Positions 1 through 13,900 of a stretch of DNA of 64,000 nucleotides are shown here, piece after piece (the stretch's first letter is position 1; the number at the start of each line of letters is the position of its first letter). Origin of the DNA: Lama glama. Taxonomy: Eukaryota. The stretch covers positions 12,898,001 to 12,962,000 of the forward strand of contig CM052817.1 of NCBI GenBank assembly GCA_028534125.1, in the 5' to 3' direction. Both the position numbers and the translations under genes were made by a program. Under the pieces are notes generated by a model, which saw only the letters and a list, made by a program, of their open reading frames with translations, made no database searches and had not been told where the DNA came from.

Positions 1-769
1 AAGGATAATTCTAGATGACGCCAAACTACAGGGGTTTCCTAAGTAGACTGTGTATCATTTCACCTCTCTCCTGGGTGCTCCATCCTGTGTCTTGGGGCCT
101 CAATTTAAAAGCCACCCTATTCTGATTCAGTGTGTGCCTGAGTTAGAAGGCTTCACAATTTCCTCTCTAATAAATGCAAAGTCTGAAGCTCCTTCACCCA
201 CCTCTGTATCTCCTCACATTCTGATCCTCTCTCTCCCAACATATACATACAATACACACAGTTCTGAGTACCAGTGTGGCCTCAGGTTTCCCTTTGTCCC
301 TTTAACTCTCAAGAACATTCTGCAACCTTAAAAATAGCTCTAAGCCAGACTCCTGCAAAGTAACACAAGAAAGTCTGATTACAGACTTTATTTACTCTCT
401 GGCATCCAGAGGAGGTTTAAGAAGTTTAATGAGACAGCTTCAGGACTTTAAATATTTAAGTTGTAGGTCATTCTTTTTCTCAAATTAGTTATCATAGACA
501 GTTTGGAATAAAATATCCTATAGATAGAGTATGAAAGTAGAATTTGTGTTTCAATCCAAGCCAAAAATGCAAAACTAGCCTGGAGTGTTGTATACACAAA
601 TTCAAACTGGGTTTAACATGAGTTAAATGAAGAGACTACTTCCCAGAGGGTGGAAAAAATTTTTTAAAATAAAAAAAAATATAAAGAAGGATAAGAAGAT
701 TCTTATTCTAGCCCCAAAGGGGCAAGAAGGGGGAGGATTGAGCCCATATCACATCAGCAGCTTTGGCCT

Positions 770-978
770 CAGGAAGGGGACGGAGGTCGCAACAGGACAC
801 TCACTGACATCCCCCTCCTCCTTCCCTCTTTTCAGCTCCAGTCTCTCCTCTTGGCCAATAACAACCGAAAGCCTTTAGAAAGGCGGCCCTTTCATGCAGT
901 CTGGACAGGTCCCCTTCCCAGGGCACAGGACGAACGAAGTGCACCAGAGAATGGATCTGGAGGGGCAAACAGCACAAA
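770..978 (-). mobile_element. Old ERVL-class LTR fragment (LTR33-like)
   Basis: ttggccaataacaaccgaaagcc...tgcagtctggacaggtc...cccagggcacagg...tggatctggaggggcaaacagcaca resembles the reverse complement of the LTR33 terminus as I recall it. Confidence 0.6.
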
Positions 979-1019
979 TATTCTGAAGATTATGTTTTAA
1001 AGTTTAAAAGTTAAACAGT

Positions 1020-1067
<48 letters not shown>
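1020..1067. repeat. (GATA)12 microsatellite
   Basis: Perfect tandem GATA run read directly. Confidence 0.97.
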
Positions 1068-1068
<1 letters not shown>

Positions 1069-2229
1069 AAGCAGTTTATTTGGACACTATATTGAATTCA
1101 AATATGGTAAAACTCTGAAAACCCTTTGCATCAAATTCACACTAGGTTCAAGTCTGAAACCTCTTTCTCCACCAAAGCCCAGCTAAAAACTAAGTTGAAA
1201 TTGTATAGGCAACACCTCCTTGAATAAAAATATTTATTAACCAAAGTATCGCTTTCTTTCAAAATAAATCGCTTTATACTTTGACAGAAAAGAGATTGTA
1301 ATCGGATCTTTCCCAGTCTATCTTTGCTCTGGGATTTCAAAAGGCATCCTGCTATATTTCCAACTCAGGGTTAGAATTTAAGACTGTGAGATTCTGGGGG
1401 TTGTAAAATGATCGCTTTACCAATAAAAATGGTTTTGAGATAGGTTGACTGTTTTTCTAAACTGAACTTAAGTCAGAGGATAAACATTCCTGTTCAGTAT
1501 CTATTATTATTCTAAGTATTGCTATACTAAGAAATCATGGAGAAATCCTAAAAGAAAAAAAGGAAGAAAACCCAGCTGTGCCCATCTACCCTGGAGATAG
1601 GCATGAATGGTGTTAATGGAGTTAGCTATTTAACCAAGTAATTGAGTGTTTTTTCTAGCCTTGATTGACTCACAAGCAGTAAAATGAAATTTGGCAAATA
1701 CCTCATTACCCTTGTGCTAGAGCTCCATGGAGAGCTACTATGGGATTCTGACCTGGCAGTGGTTGGACACTTTCTCAGAAAGCCAGGAGCAGTTCTGTCC
1801 TCGTAATGAAGCCAGGGGCTGAGTGATTTCTCATTGCAGAAGAAGATTATTAACAGAGAAACAGGAGCAGTGAGAGATCTGTCCAGAGAGAGGTCCATGA
1901 AAAGAAGAGTAGCTTCTCCAGGTTCCATGCATAATCTACTTGACATCATGTGACCAAAAATGGCTCACCTTACTCTCCATTACAAGACGCTCACCTGCAG
2001 GTGTCTTGCTGGAAAGGCAGTTGTTAGGGAGATACAGGGATAGGGGATTGAAAGCACCAACACTTAAGCAGCTTGTTTGAATCAAGCTCCACAGCAGGTC
2101 CCAAAACTGGTGGATAATTACAGGAAATATCTGGGAAATGGTTCTCAATTACAAATGAGAAAGTGCTCCGTCTCCCCCCACCCCACACCGCAGGGCCACA
2201 TTGGACAGAGAAGGGAGTAAGCCAGCCAC

Positions 2230-2565
2230 ACTGCCGTTTGCTCACTAGACTTCAGTCGTATCCACAACTTTCAATTTCTCCCAGCCCACTAGTCTTTTTT
2301 TCCTCTGGAGTTTTTGCCCACGAGCTTCATTCTGTCTGGACATACTTCCCCTGGTTCATTGCATGGCTCCTATTCTCCCCACCCCAACCTCGTTTTCTCT
2401 CACCTAGTAGGAATGAGGAAGCTTCCCTGTCCATTCCTCCCTCTGGATGATAAGCCATGTGAGAATAGGGACCACTTTTGAATGCCCTCTTTTTTTTCAC
2501 CATCTAACAGAGTGTCTGGCATGTCGTAGACCCTTAATAAATATTTATTCAATGCGTGAATGAAA
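2230..2565 (+). mobile_element. LINE-2 3' end fragment
   Basis: Ends with agagtgtctggcatgtcgtagacccttaataaatatttattcaatgcgtgaatgaa, the typical L2 3' tail. Confidence 0.65.
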
Positions 2566-5500
2566 TTTTCATCCAGTTCTAATAATACAGTAGCCCTCCT
2601 AAAGGCATATCCTCTTTTCCTTTTTTTTTTTTTGTTAACATGGGAAATTATACCAAAACTTTCCCAGAGCCTTTGTATTTAGAAATGCCTGATTAGCCAT
2701 CCCTGCCCCACCATCTACCAAGGAGTCTTGTTGCCAACAGAGTCACAAACTGCAGGGCAGACAGAGCTGAGAAAACTGCATTCAGTGCAGCTGGGGATGG
2801 TCCTTTGTTTTTAAGTAGATCTTGTCTTTATCAGAGCTTGAAGACATCCTATTTCTTGTAACGTGTTGTGAAGATGACACTGTCTTCTCATTAATATCTA
2901 ATAAAGAGATTAAAGTGACTTACAAAGAAAACGATTGCTATTGTAAAAGTTCCAGCAAGGAAAGTGCTCAGTCTAGCTGAAGAACATAGGTGTCTTTTTG
3001 TCAAAAGTCCTAAAGACTTAGGAGAAAGAGGAAACCCTCCAGGGTACATTTTTTTTCCATTTTTTTTTTTGACTGGCAAAATTTGTTTACCTTCTCTGAG
3101 ACTCATTTTATACATTTGGAAAATGTGGATAATCCAGAACTCACAGAGTCATTGTAAAAATAATAAGAAAAACAAAATTATATGTGTATATATGTACACA
3201 CATATATGCTTAGCTCAGTGATTGCGTATTTGATAATTTATGAAGTTTACTAGTGTTACACACAAAAAATGTTAGGATGGGCAAAATATTAATATGCCAG
3301 GTTGTCACACTCAAGAACTCTTAGACACATAGACAATTTCAGGGTAAAGAGAACTAACAAATAACAAGAAATGTGTTAAGTAAAGCAAAGAGTATAGCTG
3401 GAATAAAAAAAAAAAAACGCTTGCCTAGAAAAAACATAGGCTACCCAAAGTAAAATATTTATAAGAAAGAAAAACAGCAAATACAATCAAAATAATAAAA
3501 GGAAAAGAGGAGTTCCTCTTCTCAACTGAAAAGTGTCTAAAAACACGAACACTTTAAATATTTTTGTAAGTTCTATGCTGACATAAATATAGATATGAAT
3601 TACATTTAGTTGACGTGCTCTGGAACATATTATTTATTCCCAGCAGAGGTTCTAATAGGAGTCCCAGCATTCAGATCCCTTCAATACAATCTGGAGTGTC
3701 CGTCCAGTGGGTGCACCATCTATGATGGGCTTTGTGCAAGGAACAGAGCAGCCCCCTGGGAAAGAACCAGGAAGCCTGGACCTCCACTTTGGTTGTGCTC
3801 CCGTGCAATGTTCACCAGCACCTGCCCAGCGAGCAGAGCAGAGGTTGAAATTTTACTCACACTCCCTTCTTCAAGTATTGCAGCCTGGCCTAAGGCTGGG
3901 TACACACAGAAAGAGCACCTTGCTTGAATTTACCCACCCCAAATCTCTGGAGATAAGACAGGAAAATCCAGTGTTAAAAGGAGGAAAAAAACTTCAGGTG
4001 TGTTCTATTAAATTTTTTCCTTGCTTGCACTCTTTGCTATCAGAGATTGTGACCAGAGAAGGAAAAAGTAGATGGTGAAAATATAAAGAAAAGGAGAGAG
4101 TTCACCAAAATTTCGACATGGTATCAGGTGCCCACAGGAATAGTGTAAAGGAATGGGAGGGAGTTAACCTTGAAGCAAGAGCTGGCATCCCTTGGGACAT
4201 GGGATGATCATGCTGACCTCAGTTGTGAGGGTACCACTAACAGTGGAAGTTAGAGGATGCACAGAAAACAGGGAGTACTGGGAGGGGCAGAAGTCACCTG
4301 AGCACTGCTGAGCAGAGCAGGGAAAGTAAATAAATAGCAGGTGTCCTACAGCAGCCAAGTTCATGTTCGTGGAAAATGGTGAACAATGGTAGTGAGATAT
4401 CCATGGCAATTTCTGTTCTAGGGATGAACAACATCAAAATTGCCTACGAGCTCTGAAAATTAAAATTCCTGGCCCTAGTCTCAGGGACTTGTAAATCTGC
4501 ATTGGGGTTCTGGAGATCTCCATCTTTAAGACATCCTCCAGGCATTACCTTAGTCTTCAAAATAATTGATCTGGAAAAACATAGACAATCCCTGGGGAAT
4601 CTGAATTCTTTCGGGGGAAAATCTAAAGGGTGGGCAGAAGAGTTGATGTTTCTACAGGGCGGGAGAAGGCAAAACAGAAAAAATTTATTTTGTTACAGTT
4701 TGCAGAGTTCAATCTTTTTGGTATCAATATCAGAGGGAACAGCATCTTTTCAGTGTTTATGATAGAATCAAGAGGCAAATTAGAATTGTAAAAACGATAG
4801 TTTCCAAAAAGAGCTATTTAACTGGCAGTGTAATCTGATGAAACCTGTGAACTAAAAATCTGCAGAACCAATAACATTGTCTGGATTTTTGGTTTTGCTT
4901 TGTTTCAATATTCTTGAGAATTTTTAGTAAACAAGAAATGTCCCAGATCCCAGGAGGGATTGGGTGAAAGAAATAAAAACCTCATCATGTAACTTTACTT
5001 GAACGTGGACACGGGTAAAGCATCGATTAGTAATTTTCTGAAGTTGCCACACACATTTTCCAGCAAAATGAATGTGTCCTTAACCTACCTTCCTTTGTGA
5101 GCACTAGATAACTGAATAAGTGGAGGGAAGAAATGAAGGGAAAACAAAGACGCTATTGATGGATTCTCTCTGGACTACAATGGTCAACACAAGGGCGGGA
5201 ACAGAGTTACATTAGAGAGTCATGGCTTATGTGCACAGTCATGGACTGTATAGCATCTCTGTCCACACAGCCAGCGTTCAGAGGAAAGTCAGAACTGAAC
5301 ATGCATTTATATCTGACTCCTGAATTATGAAGTAAAAAAGATACAGATAACATCCTTTTGGGAATATTAAACATTTTTCATTGTCAGCATTTAGCATTAC
5401 TGAATGTAGGTAAACGTTTTTTAAAAAGTAGCTTTCCACCTAGAAAGAATCATTTTGTCAGAATTTATAGCAGCCAGTGATGTTTGCACCAGGAGCTTAA

Positions 5501-5890
5501 GATGTCCTCATTCTAAAAGAAATTTCCTCCTAAGGGGGGATGCCAGTGGTCACCACAGGTTTATTAAAAAGTCAATGCCAACCTACATGTGTGTGTTCTA
5601 GATTGTTCCCGGTGTGTAATACTAAATTTTTTTGATAAATGAATACATGAATAGGCCAGATTGACATATATGTTCCAGCACACTTTTGATACATCATGAG
5701 CTCTAGAAGTTTCTCTGTGCAGCAGAAAAGGCCTCTTTCCTAACTGTTGCCCAGTTGTTATGAAAGTTAGTCCTTCCTTTAGTGCATTTGCTATCATCTA
5801 CCCTCCTGACATTGAAGATACCTTTCACCTTTTTTTTGTTTGTTTGTTTTCCTAAAGCAATGATACTAATTTAAATTACCTGCCACTTAC

Positions 5891-6466
5891 GAAGGAGATT
5901 TCTTACTTTTAACTAAAAAGAAACCTGTCACCATGGTGATGCTATTTATGTGAGGGGAAACGGAGTTCAGGTGAGGAGGATGTCACAGATCATCAGTCTC
6001 TCCGAGGACTGCCCGTTCTCTGCACTGCGGCTGCAGGAAGACAGAGTCCATCTTCTCCAGGGTAACCCAGAAACCACTCCTCAGACCTGGTGCCCTCAAG
6101 TTACACTGAACACTGAGTGTCCCGTCCCCACCCCAGTGGCTCCCACGGCGCTTCCTGTGGACAAGCTTTATGGTTCCTGCAGGACTGGAAAGTTCTTGAA
6201 GCGGCCCCCGGCTCTGGTCAGTCCCAGCATGTGATCCAATGGCCCTGGGATTGATCGAAGTGATCAGGCTCCAGGAACAGCGGGGGGAGTTTGGCATTCA
6301 TTGTTGTTACTGCACAACCAACTGGCCGTGATGCAGCGTGGGCGGCAGCAAAGCCAGGAGGACTGCGTGTTCCTCCCTGTCCTTTAACTTCTGCTGGACT
6401 CCCTACCCCAGATCTCTTTAATCCGAGAATCAGAGCCATCCCTCTGGTTTAAAAAGCCTGCGCCTC
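5891..6466 (-). other. CpG-enriched unique segment; candidate exon or regulatory element (unverified)
   Basis: Minus strand has ctgac branch-like motif, tttgccctttgccctag acceptor (AG at 6468-6467) and GTAAGA/GTAAGT donors at 5906/5890; CpG density visibly above background. Confidence 0.3.
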
Positions 6467-7594
6467 CTAGGGCAAAGGGCAAAGTAATTCTGTCAGCTTT
6501 GCTTATGAATACTTCTTTGAAATGATCATTTTAGACTAATGGTAATAGCAGTATCTCCGATATGTCAAAATCGGTTACTTTTCTTATCCAGTGAGATACT
6601 AGAAGCTCGAGTCATCAGCTTAACTGGTGCTGACATCCCGCACTTCTTGGCCCAGCCGACGTGGACACTTAACCATGCACCTTAGATCCTAGTTTTGGTA
6701 AGAAAACTCTCATGCTGTTCTTCTTTGATTTTATTTCTATTTCTAAATGAGAACAAATTATGTTTACAAAAAGCAGTTTAATAAATATTTGGAGTATAAA
6801 CATTAGCTGAACTCTAAAAACAAAATGACAGTTGGGTTACTACTGCAAGAAAACAAGCCCAAAGATGTCTAAAGTAAATAAAATGATGGAAAAAAGAGAA
6901 AAACAGATTTCATTGGGATCCAAACCCATTAAAGAATAGTCACACCTGAATATGTGATTTACCTCAAATGTTTGAGTCACAGACCCTTCTGTTTCAGAAA
7001 ATGCCTAAAACAGATGTTCCAGTCGAGAGAGCTCAGAGCCTTATCAGACACATATTATTAATTCAATCCAATTTGGGGAAAAAAATTAACGAATATCTAC
7101 TATGTGCCAGTCTCAGAAAATGTGAGAAAGATGACTAAGCTCCGTAATACGATGACACATATCAAATCTGTTTTATTCACGAGTTCCCAGCACAATAACT
7201 GGCTTATCAATCGTAGATATGTATTTATTCATATGAAGGAATGGAATCATCCCCTCTTTTTCTGGGACTGAAAGTATAGTCATCATGGGTGACTTGTACT
7301 TGTTCAACACACCCCTGGGAGGTAAGCAGGAAATATATCATTAATCTTGACTACCTGGTGAAGCCCCTCATTATTAGGTTAAGCAATATACCCAAAGTCA
7401 GGCAGCAAAGTAGAAGCAAAATGAGGAGTACTCTTTCCCCTCCACCATAATGCCTGGGTCCACACTCATCTCCATGGTTCCTTTTCCACTCATGCGGTGG
7501 GAAGTGCAATCATCAGCATTGCCCTTTCCTTGATTCACATGGAGATACTTCATTCAGAACGTAAGCTTCACAGACCATCAGGCTTTGCAGACAG

Positions 7595-7812
7595 AAACTG
7601 ACATTTGTTGAGTTCTGGTCATGTGATGAGCGCTGTGCTAGGTTTCACACGTTAGCTTATTTAACCTTATCTAATTATTCTCTAACATAGGCATCATTTC
7701 CCGTTTTAGGTCATTAGATATGGAAAAATTAAATAATCTGCCCAGGGTCAGAGAGTTGGTAAGTGGTTGAGCTAGGATTTCCACAATCTTGGTCTTATTT
7801 CAAAGCCCATTG
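7595..7812 (-). mobile_element. MIR SINE
   Basis: acatttgttgag...tgtgctagg...aaataatctgcccagggtcagagagttggtaagtgg...gctaggattt matches the antisense MIR core. Confidence 0.8.
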
Positions 7813-8985
7813 TTGACTCCAAAAAGGAAAATTAGCTCCTCTTCACCAAGTGTCTGGGGACTCCATCCTAAGAAATAACTGAACAAGCTTGCAGTGGACC
7901 TCCCTAACGAGAAGTAACCCTGGTTTCCTTTGATCAGAAGGAATGCTTCAGAACTACATGGTGTTTACAATGCCTTGCTCCAGGGATTGCTTTCTTTCCA
8001 CTGAGATGTGAAACCACAAACTAGCTGCTTTGGGTAATTAAAGATCCTTTACACCAACTGAATGTGTCAACAGCAAATGTCCTGGGTAAATTTCAAGTAA
8101 GTAATTGCATTCTGCCAATCTGAAATGCCTTTCTAATTTCATTCCCTTAACATATCCATTTACTGTACCTTTTACTGTGGCTGTAGATAATTCTAAAATA
8201 ACCAGGACCACACAGTCCGTTGTTCCAAATAAGAAGGAGAAAATGGACTTTCATTTGAGGAGTGTGTCAAGTTCTTCTATATCATTGGATTGAAGCCAAT
8301 ATATAAATATTGGGAGTTCATTTTTCCCCTTACATATCAGGTTTCTGATGGCTAAATCAAGCACCAGGAATAAAAGCTGATTATCTCTTTTTTTTCTATC
8401 TCACCCTTACCCACTATAGTGTGGGTAAATCAATTTATTCATATTATAAGAACTCTGCACTCCTTGGAGAAAAAAAATATTGAAATATTACATTTATAGC
8501 TACAGACAACCTAATACCCAAGATATTTTTAAAGAGCTCAACTCTAGAAAATAAAGTGTCATCCTAAAATCCATCACACATGCTTTATTATAACAAGCCA
8601 TGTTATGCCCCAAAGGGGAAAAAAATCTCAACAGCGAGCCATAATTTGCAAGATATTTTTCTCATAGGACTTAGCAGGGAGGATTTCCCTGCAGTAGATC
8701 ATTTTTAAATTTACTGGCAAATCAGTTGGCTAAGTAAATATTACAAATAGAAAAAACATAATATTCCATAAATTAATATTTCAAGCAAAAGCCCTCAAAG
8801 AATTTGTGTTCATAACTAATCCTTCTCCCTCAAGAATATGGTATATAATCAAGCAATTTGTAAACTAATGTCTAGCTAATAATTCTGTAATTGCTATGAA
8901 AGCAAATGAACCAATTGTTAATCCTATCTAAAAGCACTCAAAATGGTTTTATAAGAGGTCTCTCACACCCGGGTAACACACCCAC

Positions 8986-9020
<35 letters not shown>
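8986..9020. repeat. (CA)n microsatellite
   Basis: Direct read. Confidence 0.95.
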
Positions 9021-9571
9021 TCACTGTTGATCTCATGATCTCATTTTCAAAAGTAGTTTTATAGCTGTGCCTCAGAATTTTGAGTAACATAAAAGTAGAA
9101 AAATTGGCATAGAAATATATGTCCGTTTCCATTTTTATAAAGCCTGAATGCTTCTTATTTCTTTGATTCCATGAAAATTATACAACATTTTTCAAACTGT
9201 CAAAAGAAAGTCATAAAACAGGATCACTAACTACCAAAAATTGGCTCTTTTCTCCAAGTCAAGTGTACCAATTTCTCATACTGGCCACATAGAAATCCAT
9301 AATGTTTAAACTTAGTAAGAGGTCCAGAGGCCACAGCCTCATTCAAGTTAAAAGAAATGGGGAATTGTTGCATTATGAGTTTCTCATTCCTCAGGAATGA
9401 AGGATGGCAAGTGGCTGAAAAGCATCCCCAGATTCAATCATGGAAGCATTTCCAGTGATTCTTTAATTCTTCTTCCCTTTTTGGATGTCTCTAATCCTGG
9501 AATTTAGCCAGAATTATACCAACGTTCTAAGATATAATTGCCAGATAAACAGTTTAGCAACATAGTTTAAG

Positions 9572-9609
9572 AGTGAGAGTGTGTGTGTATGTGTGTGTGT
9601 GTGTGTGTG
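9572..9609. repeat. (GA)/(TG)n compound microsatellite
   Basis: Direct read. Confidence 0.9.
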
Positions 9610-9767
9610 AACTGGTGAATTAGCTGGGAAGATGCCTGGATTCTGAGCAGTCCTCAGTCTTTAGTTTGTGGAGGTAAAATGCAAGAAGTTACAGACTTAA
9701 ATCAAAGGTGAAGCTAGAATCCAAGCCTATAGACTCCTAAGTCAGCTCTTTGGTCTATCCATGTTCT

Positions 9768-10362
9768 TGTTACAGGAAAATGTGGGGCCAGAGGATGGCT
9801 GTGTCCCAGGTCTCGGTTGAATCCCTGCGATGCATTCTGCGATGTGTGGGTCCTCGACTTCACACAGGAAAGAATTCAAAAGCGAGCCACAGTTGAGTAA
9901 AGGTAGATTTATTCAGAGAGATACATACTCCATCGACAGACTGTAGGCTCTCAGAGGCCAAAGAGGCCATGAGGTGTGCAAGTTAGGTGCTCAGTTTTAA
10001 GTAAAAGTAGATACACGCTCCACAGACAAGAGTTGTGGTCAGTTTTACTCAGAAGGGAGAGTGACCACGAGGTGTAAGGATTGTTAGATTTTATTGGCTC
10101 CGTAGCTTCATATGGTAACAAGTGGGAGGGTTATTCCAACCACTTTGGGGAAGGGGCTGGGATTCCTAGGAATTGGGCCATCACTCACCCTTTGACCTCT
10201 TAAGGTCAGCCTTAAAACTGTCCTGGCACCGTGGGAGTACCATTTAGCATGCTATTGTATTTCAATATTGAAGCTCTGGGCATTGAATCTTCCACCATCT
10301 TGGTGCTCATTGCTGTGTCATTGTGTTAATGGCTGTGCCATGCCCCCTTCCTTGCTGTCTCA
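9768..10362 (-). mobile_element. Solo endogenous-retrovirus LTR (ERV1-like, ~595 bp)
   Basis: Bounded by TG (tgttacagg) and CA (ctgtctca); AATAAA on the minus strand at ~9908; ggaaagaattcaaaagcgagccacag motif typical of ERV1 LTR R/U5; no clean TSD found. Confidence 0.75.
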
Positions 10363-12491
10363 CTACTCTATACGAAATTATTTCCTTCTTTTGCTTGCCT
10401 ACAAAATATGAACTCCTGGGTCACACAACTAGCCTCTCTAATATTAACCCTCTCTTAAAATCTAGCTTGGTCATAATCTTTTGAGAAAAATATCCTCAAT
10501 GAACGTTTAATGAATTACCCTCAATTCTTTGTCCAGCATTACGAAGCCAATCCCAACCTAACTTTCTCACTCTATCTTTCACTGCTTCCCAACGTTAACC
10601 CTATATCTCTGGCCCTGATCTCATCTTATAAAAAGCAACATAGAGCTCCCGTCTCCTTTAGGAAATTAAGTTTGGATTTTTCTTCTCCCTGCAAAGGAGG
10701 TAATGACAAGGTCATGAGGACTTTTGAGAAACACTTGCTGTGGGCTCAATCATCCTTTTGTTCGCTGGCCATTCCTAAGCTGAGAAAAGTCAATAATTTT
10801 CTGTTACTGTAAAGATTTTGACAGCTACATAGTCACTGCAAAAATATGCTCCAGACCTTAAAGTAATCCATCTCATTAAAGCCTGACCTCTGACAAAAAA
10901 AATGCCAAGGAGTTAAATATTTTACATGCTTCTCATGGCAAAATGTTACTTCTCCATAAAAAAGCAATCCCGAGAAGACACTGGAAGATAAAAGAGGTTT
11001 TTTTACAGAGTCAGGGAAATCAATACTCATAAGACGATCATGATTACTTGGGAAGATATATAAAATGTCCAATAAATTGTCCACAAATGCTTTTAGATGA
11101 CCATATAATAGGAAGAACTGAATTCACATGATATCTTGTTTTCCTATCAGTGAAGCAGAAGCAATGATAGATATAAATGTGATTTTTTCCCCCAGTGGCA
11201 TGAATCTTTTTTTATTGAAATTGGCTGTGATTTTAGAAGAAGTAATAGGAGCAGGAGTATTCTTGGATTGCTGCTTATTTTAGGAGAAGGCAAATAGGAA
11301 ACACGAGCATCTACTCAATGCTTATTTAGTCCCACGTACTTTGCAAGCTTTATCTTCATTCTCATTCTTCAGAGGATGGCGCTAATAATCCTCTTGCAGA
11401 AGATGATGCTAAGAGAGATTAAACATCTTGTTCAATGTTAGCAGAAATCATAAAGGAACAAACGAGAACATAAGCCCTGTTGTACCCACTAACTATACAT
11501 ACACTTTTCAAACATCAAAGGAGCTAGAAATGGAAGAAAAAGAAATTTGAAAGTTTCTAGAATGTTCAGTCTAATATTTATCAACTATATTCACACACAC
11601 ACATTGCACGTCATGTTTCAATATTAGCATACAGTGGGGAAGCCGCACACACTTCTCAAAAAGATGATCTACTAGAGCATCTTCAGACCCCAGATTTCAG
11701 ATTAATAATTTTATGGCAAACTTTTATGCCAAAAATGATACTATAACTCCCATTCTTTGAATCTGACAGAGTTTCTCAGCAGATGTTTCATCCTATGACT
11801 TAGGGGCTTTATTATTTAAATCCAGACTCAGTAGATGTTAAGGTTCAGAAATCTTCAAGCTACTCCATACCCAGGGATTTGGAAAAAAGGAAAGGTTATT
11901 CGAACTTAGTTCATTTTGGTTTCAGGACAAAGGAGACGTGTGTTAAATTTATCCCCATGAGCTGGGAAAGAGACACAATGAGCCAATTAAGAGACTAAGA
12001 CAAGTGGCGGGTTTGCATTAGGTCCTTGTATAATTGATTGCAATATCTTCCATAAGGGGAAGAATGGCTTACACTAGGTAAAGTTTCCACCACTCTCCTA
12101 CCTAGTGACTCTGGTTGACAAGTTTAATCAATTGATAATAACATGCTTTTCTTAGAAACAAATGCATAGCCTCTGAATTGTTACCAAATTCTCATCAAAT
12201 ATTTTACTACTCTCAGTAGTAAATATCATCAGTATCACTTCAAGAAAATATCACCAGTGAATAATTTAAGTTGGCATCTGCATCACTTAGACCTCAGTTC
12301 TGTATGTAACAGAAACCTCAAATAAAGGTGATTTATTGTACAGTATAAATGAAGTCCAGAAATAGACAGATCAGGGCTTGTATTATGGCTCCACAAAGTC
12401 TTTAGGACCCAGGATATTTCTCTGCAAACTTTAGTATTAAATTCCATATTCAAATTCACCTTGTTGTTCAAGTTTAAACCTTCTTGTCATC

Positions 12492-12930
12492 ATGCAACAG
12501 TTACAGTTTTATTAGAGACACCAAAACCAATATAAGTGATATAAAGAGATTTATTATATGGATTAGACATTGTGCAGTTGTGGGAGCTGGTTAAGTACTC
12601 CATGAAGGCCCACTGCCTCTGCATACAATGTTGGAGTCAAGCAGAGATCACAGTCAAGAAGGGAAGATGGATGAGAAGTGGGAAAAAGCAAAACCAAACT
12701 AGAATGCATGAGAACAAGCTGAAATCCACGAAGATACACTGTAACCTTCATCAGTTTCTTACAACCTCCAAGAATCCAACTTTAATCCTGCCGGTGACCT
12801 GAGAAGACCTAGGACACTTTGTCATGGAACTCACACAGAAGCCTGTTAAGACACAGCAGGATTCAAGGAAATAAAGGAAATTCAGCTGCTGTCCCCCAGG
12901 GCACCTTATGGCTGCTGGGATTTAAACCAT
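12492..12930 (-). mobile_element. ERVL LTR, MLT2-like (MLT2E/F type)
   Basis: agagacaccaaaaccaat...tataaagagatttattatatggattagacattgtgcagttgtgggagctgg matches the antisense MLT2 3' end. Confidence 0.7.
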
Positions 12931-12999
12931 CATATCAACATTCTACGTAGTAAGAAGGAAGATGTATGGCCCATCTGAATCAGCTCCTTCCTTAAAATC

Positions 13000-13190
13000 T
13001 TTTTAGCAACTTGTGTTGTTAACCATAAACGCAACATAGTGCATCGTGTCTCTAGAACTTTCTCATCTTTCAAGACAGAAGTTCTGTAACCATTCCCTGA
13101 ACGGAAACTCCCCATTTCACCCTTCCTTTCAGCCCATGGAAACCACCACTCTGCTTTCTGTTTATGTAAGTCTCACTCGTTAAATGAGCT
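13000..13190 (-). mobile_element. L1 (L1MA/MB-type) 3' UTR fragment
   Basis: ttgttaaccata...tctctagaactt...cagcccatggaaaccaccactctgctttctg is antisense L1M 3' UTR. Confidence 0.8.
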
Positions 13191-13499
13191 CCCCCAGCTC
13201 TAGGTATGCTGCTCCCCAAGTATTTTCCACACTGCAACCAGAGTAATTTGTAGCAGTGCACATCTCATCATCTGTCCTCGTGTGAAGTACACAGGAAGAG
13301 CTCTGAAAAACTTACAAAGCCTTCCCTGTTAGTCCCCTGTTTACCTTCACAGGCTCTTCGCTCCAGATATCTGCTGACAAACAGGGTCCCGCTCACCTTC
13401 AGGTTCTTGCTAAAGTAGCTTTTTCTTGTTGGAATATCCTACTCAACTCACTGCACCCCCCTGCCCCCACCACTCTCAACTGCTCCTTCTCTAGATAAA

Positions 13500-13900
13500 A
13501 ATTTGTTCACTCAGTCAACAAGTATCACTGAGTCTCTGTGATGTGTCAGGCACTATTCCAGCTAGGCATGTAGCCAAATCTCTAACTTCCTGCCACCTCA
13601 CATTTTCGTTGGAAAGATGGATATTAATCAATTAATTAAACAGACAAATGTAAAATTACAGTGGTGCTAAAAATTACAAAAAAAGGCATACACAGAACTA
13701 TGCATTTTTTTACTATGTAGATTTGATCTGGACAAGGACATGCCCCCTAAGGAAGTAATAATGCTTGAGTTGTGATCTGATGGACCAACATTAATGAGGC
13801 AAAAAGCAGTAAAAAAGAGCATTTTATACATAAGCGCTAACCTTTGGAAATTCCCTGTAATAGGAGGTAATATGGTGTGCAAATAATATTAAAATTAGGC
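13500..13900 (-). mobile_element. LINE-2 fragment
   Basis: ttcactcagtcaacaagtatcactgagtctctgtgatgtgtcaggcact is the antisense L2 tail, with further L2-like sequence downstream. Confidence 0.7.
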
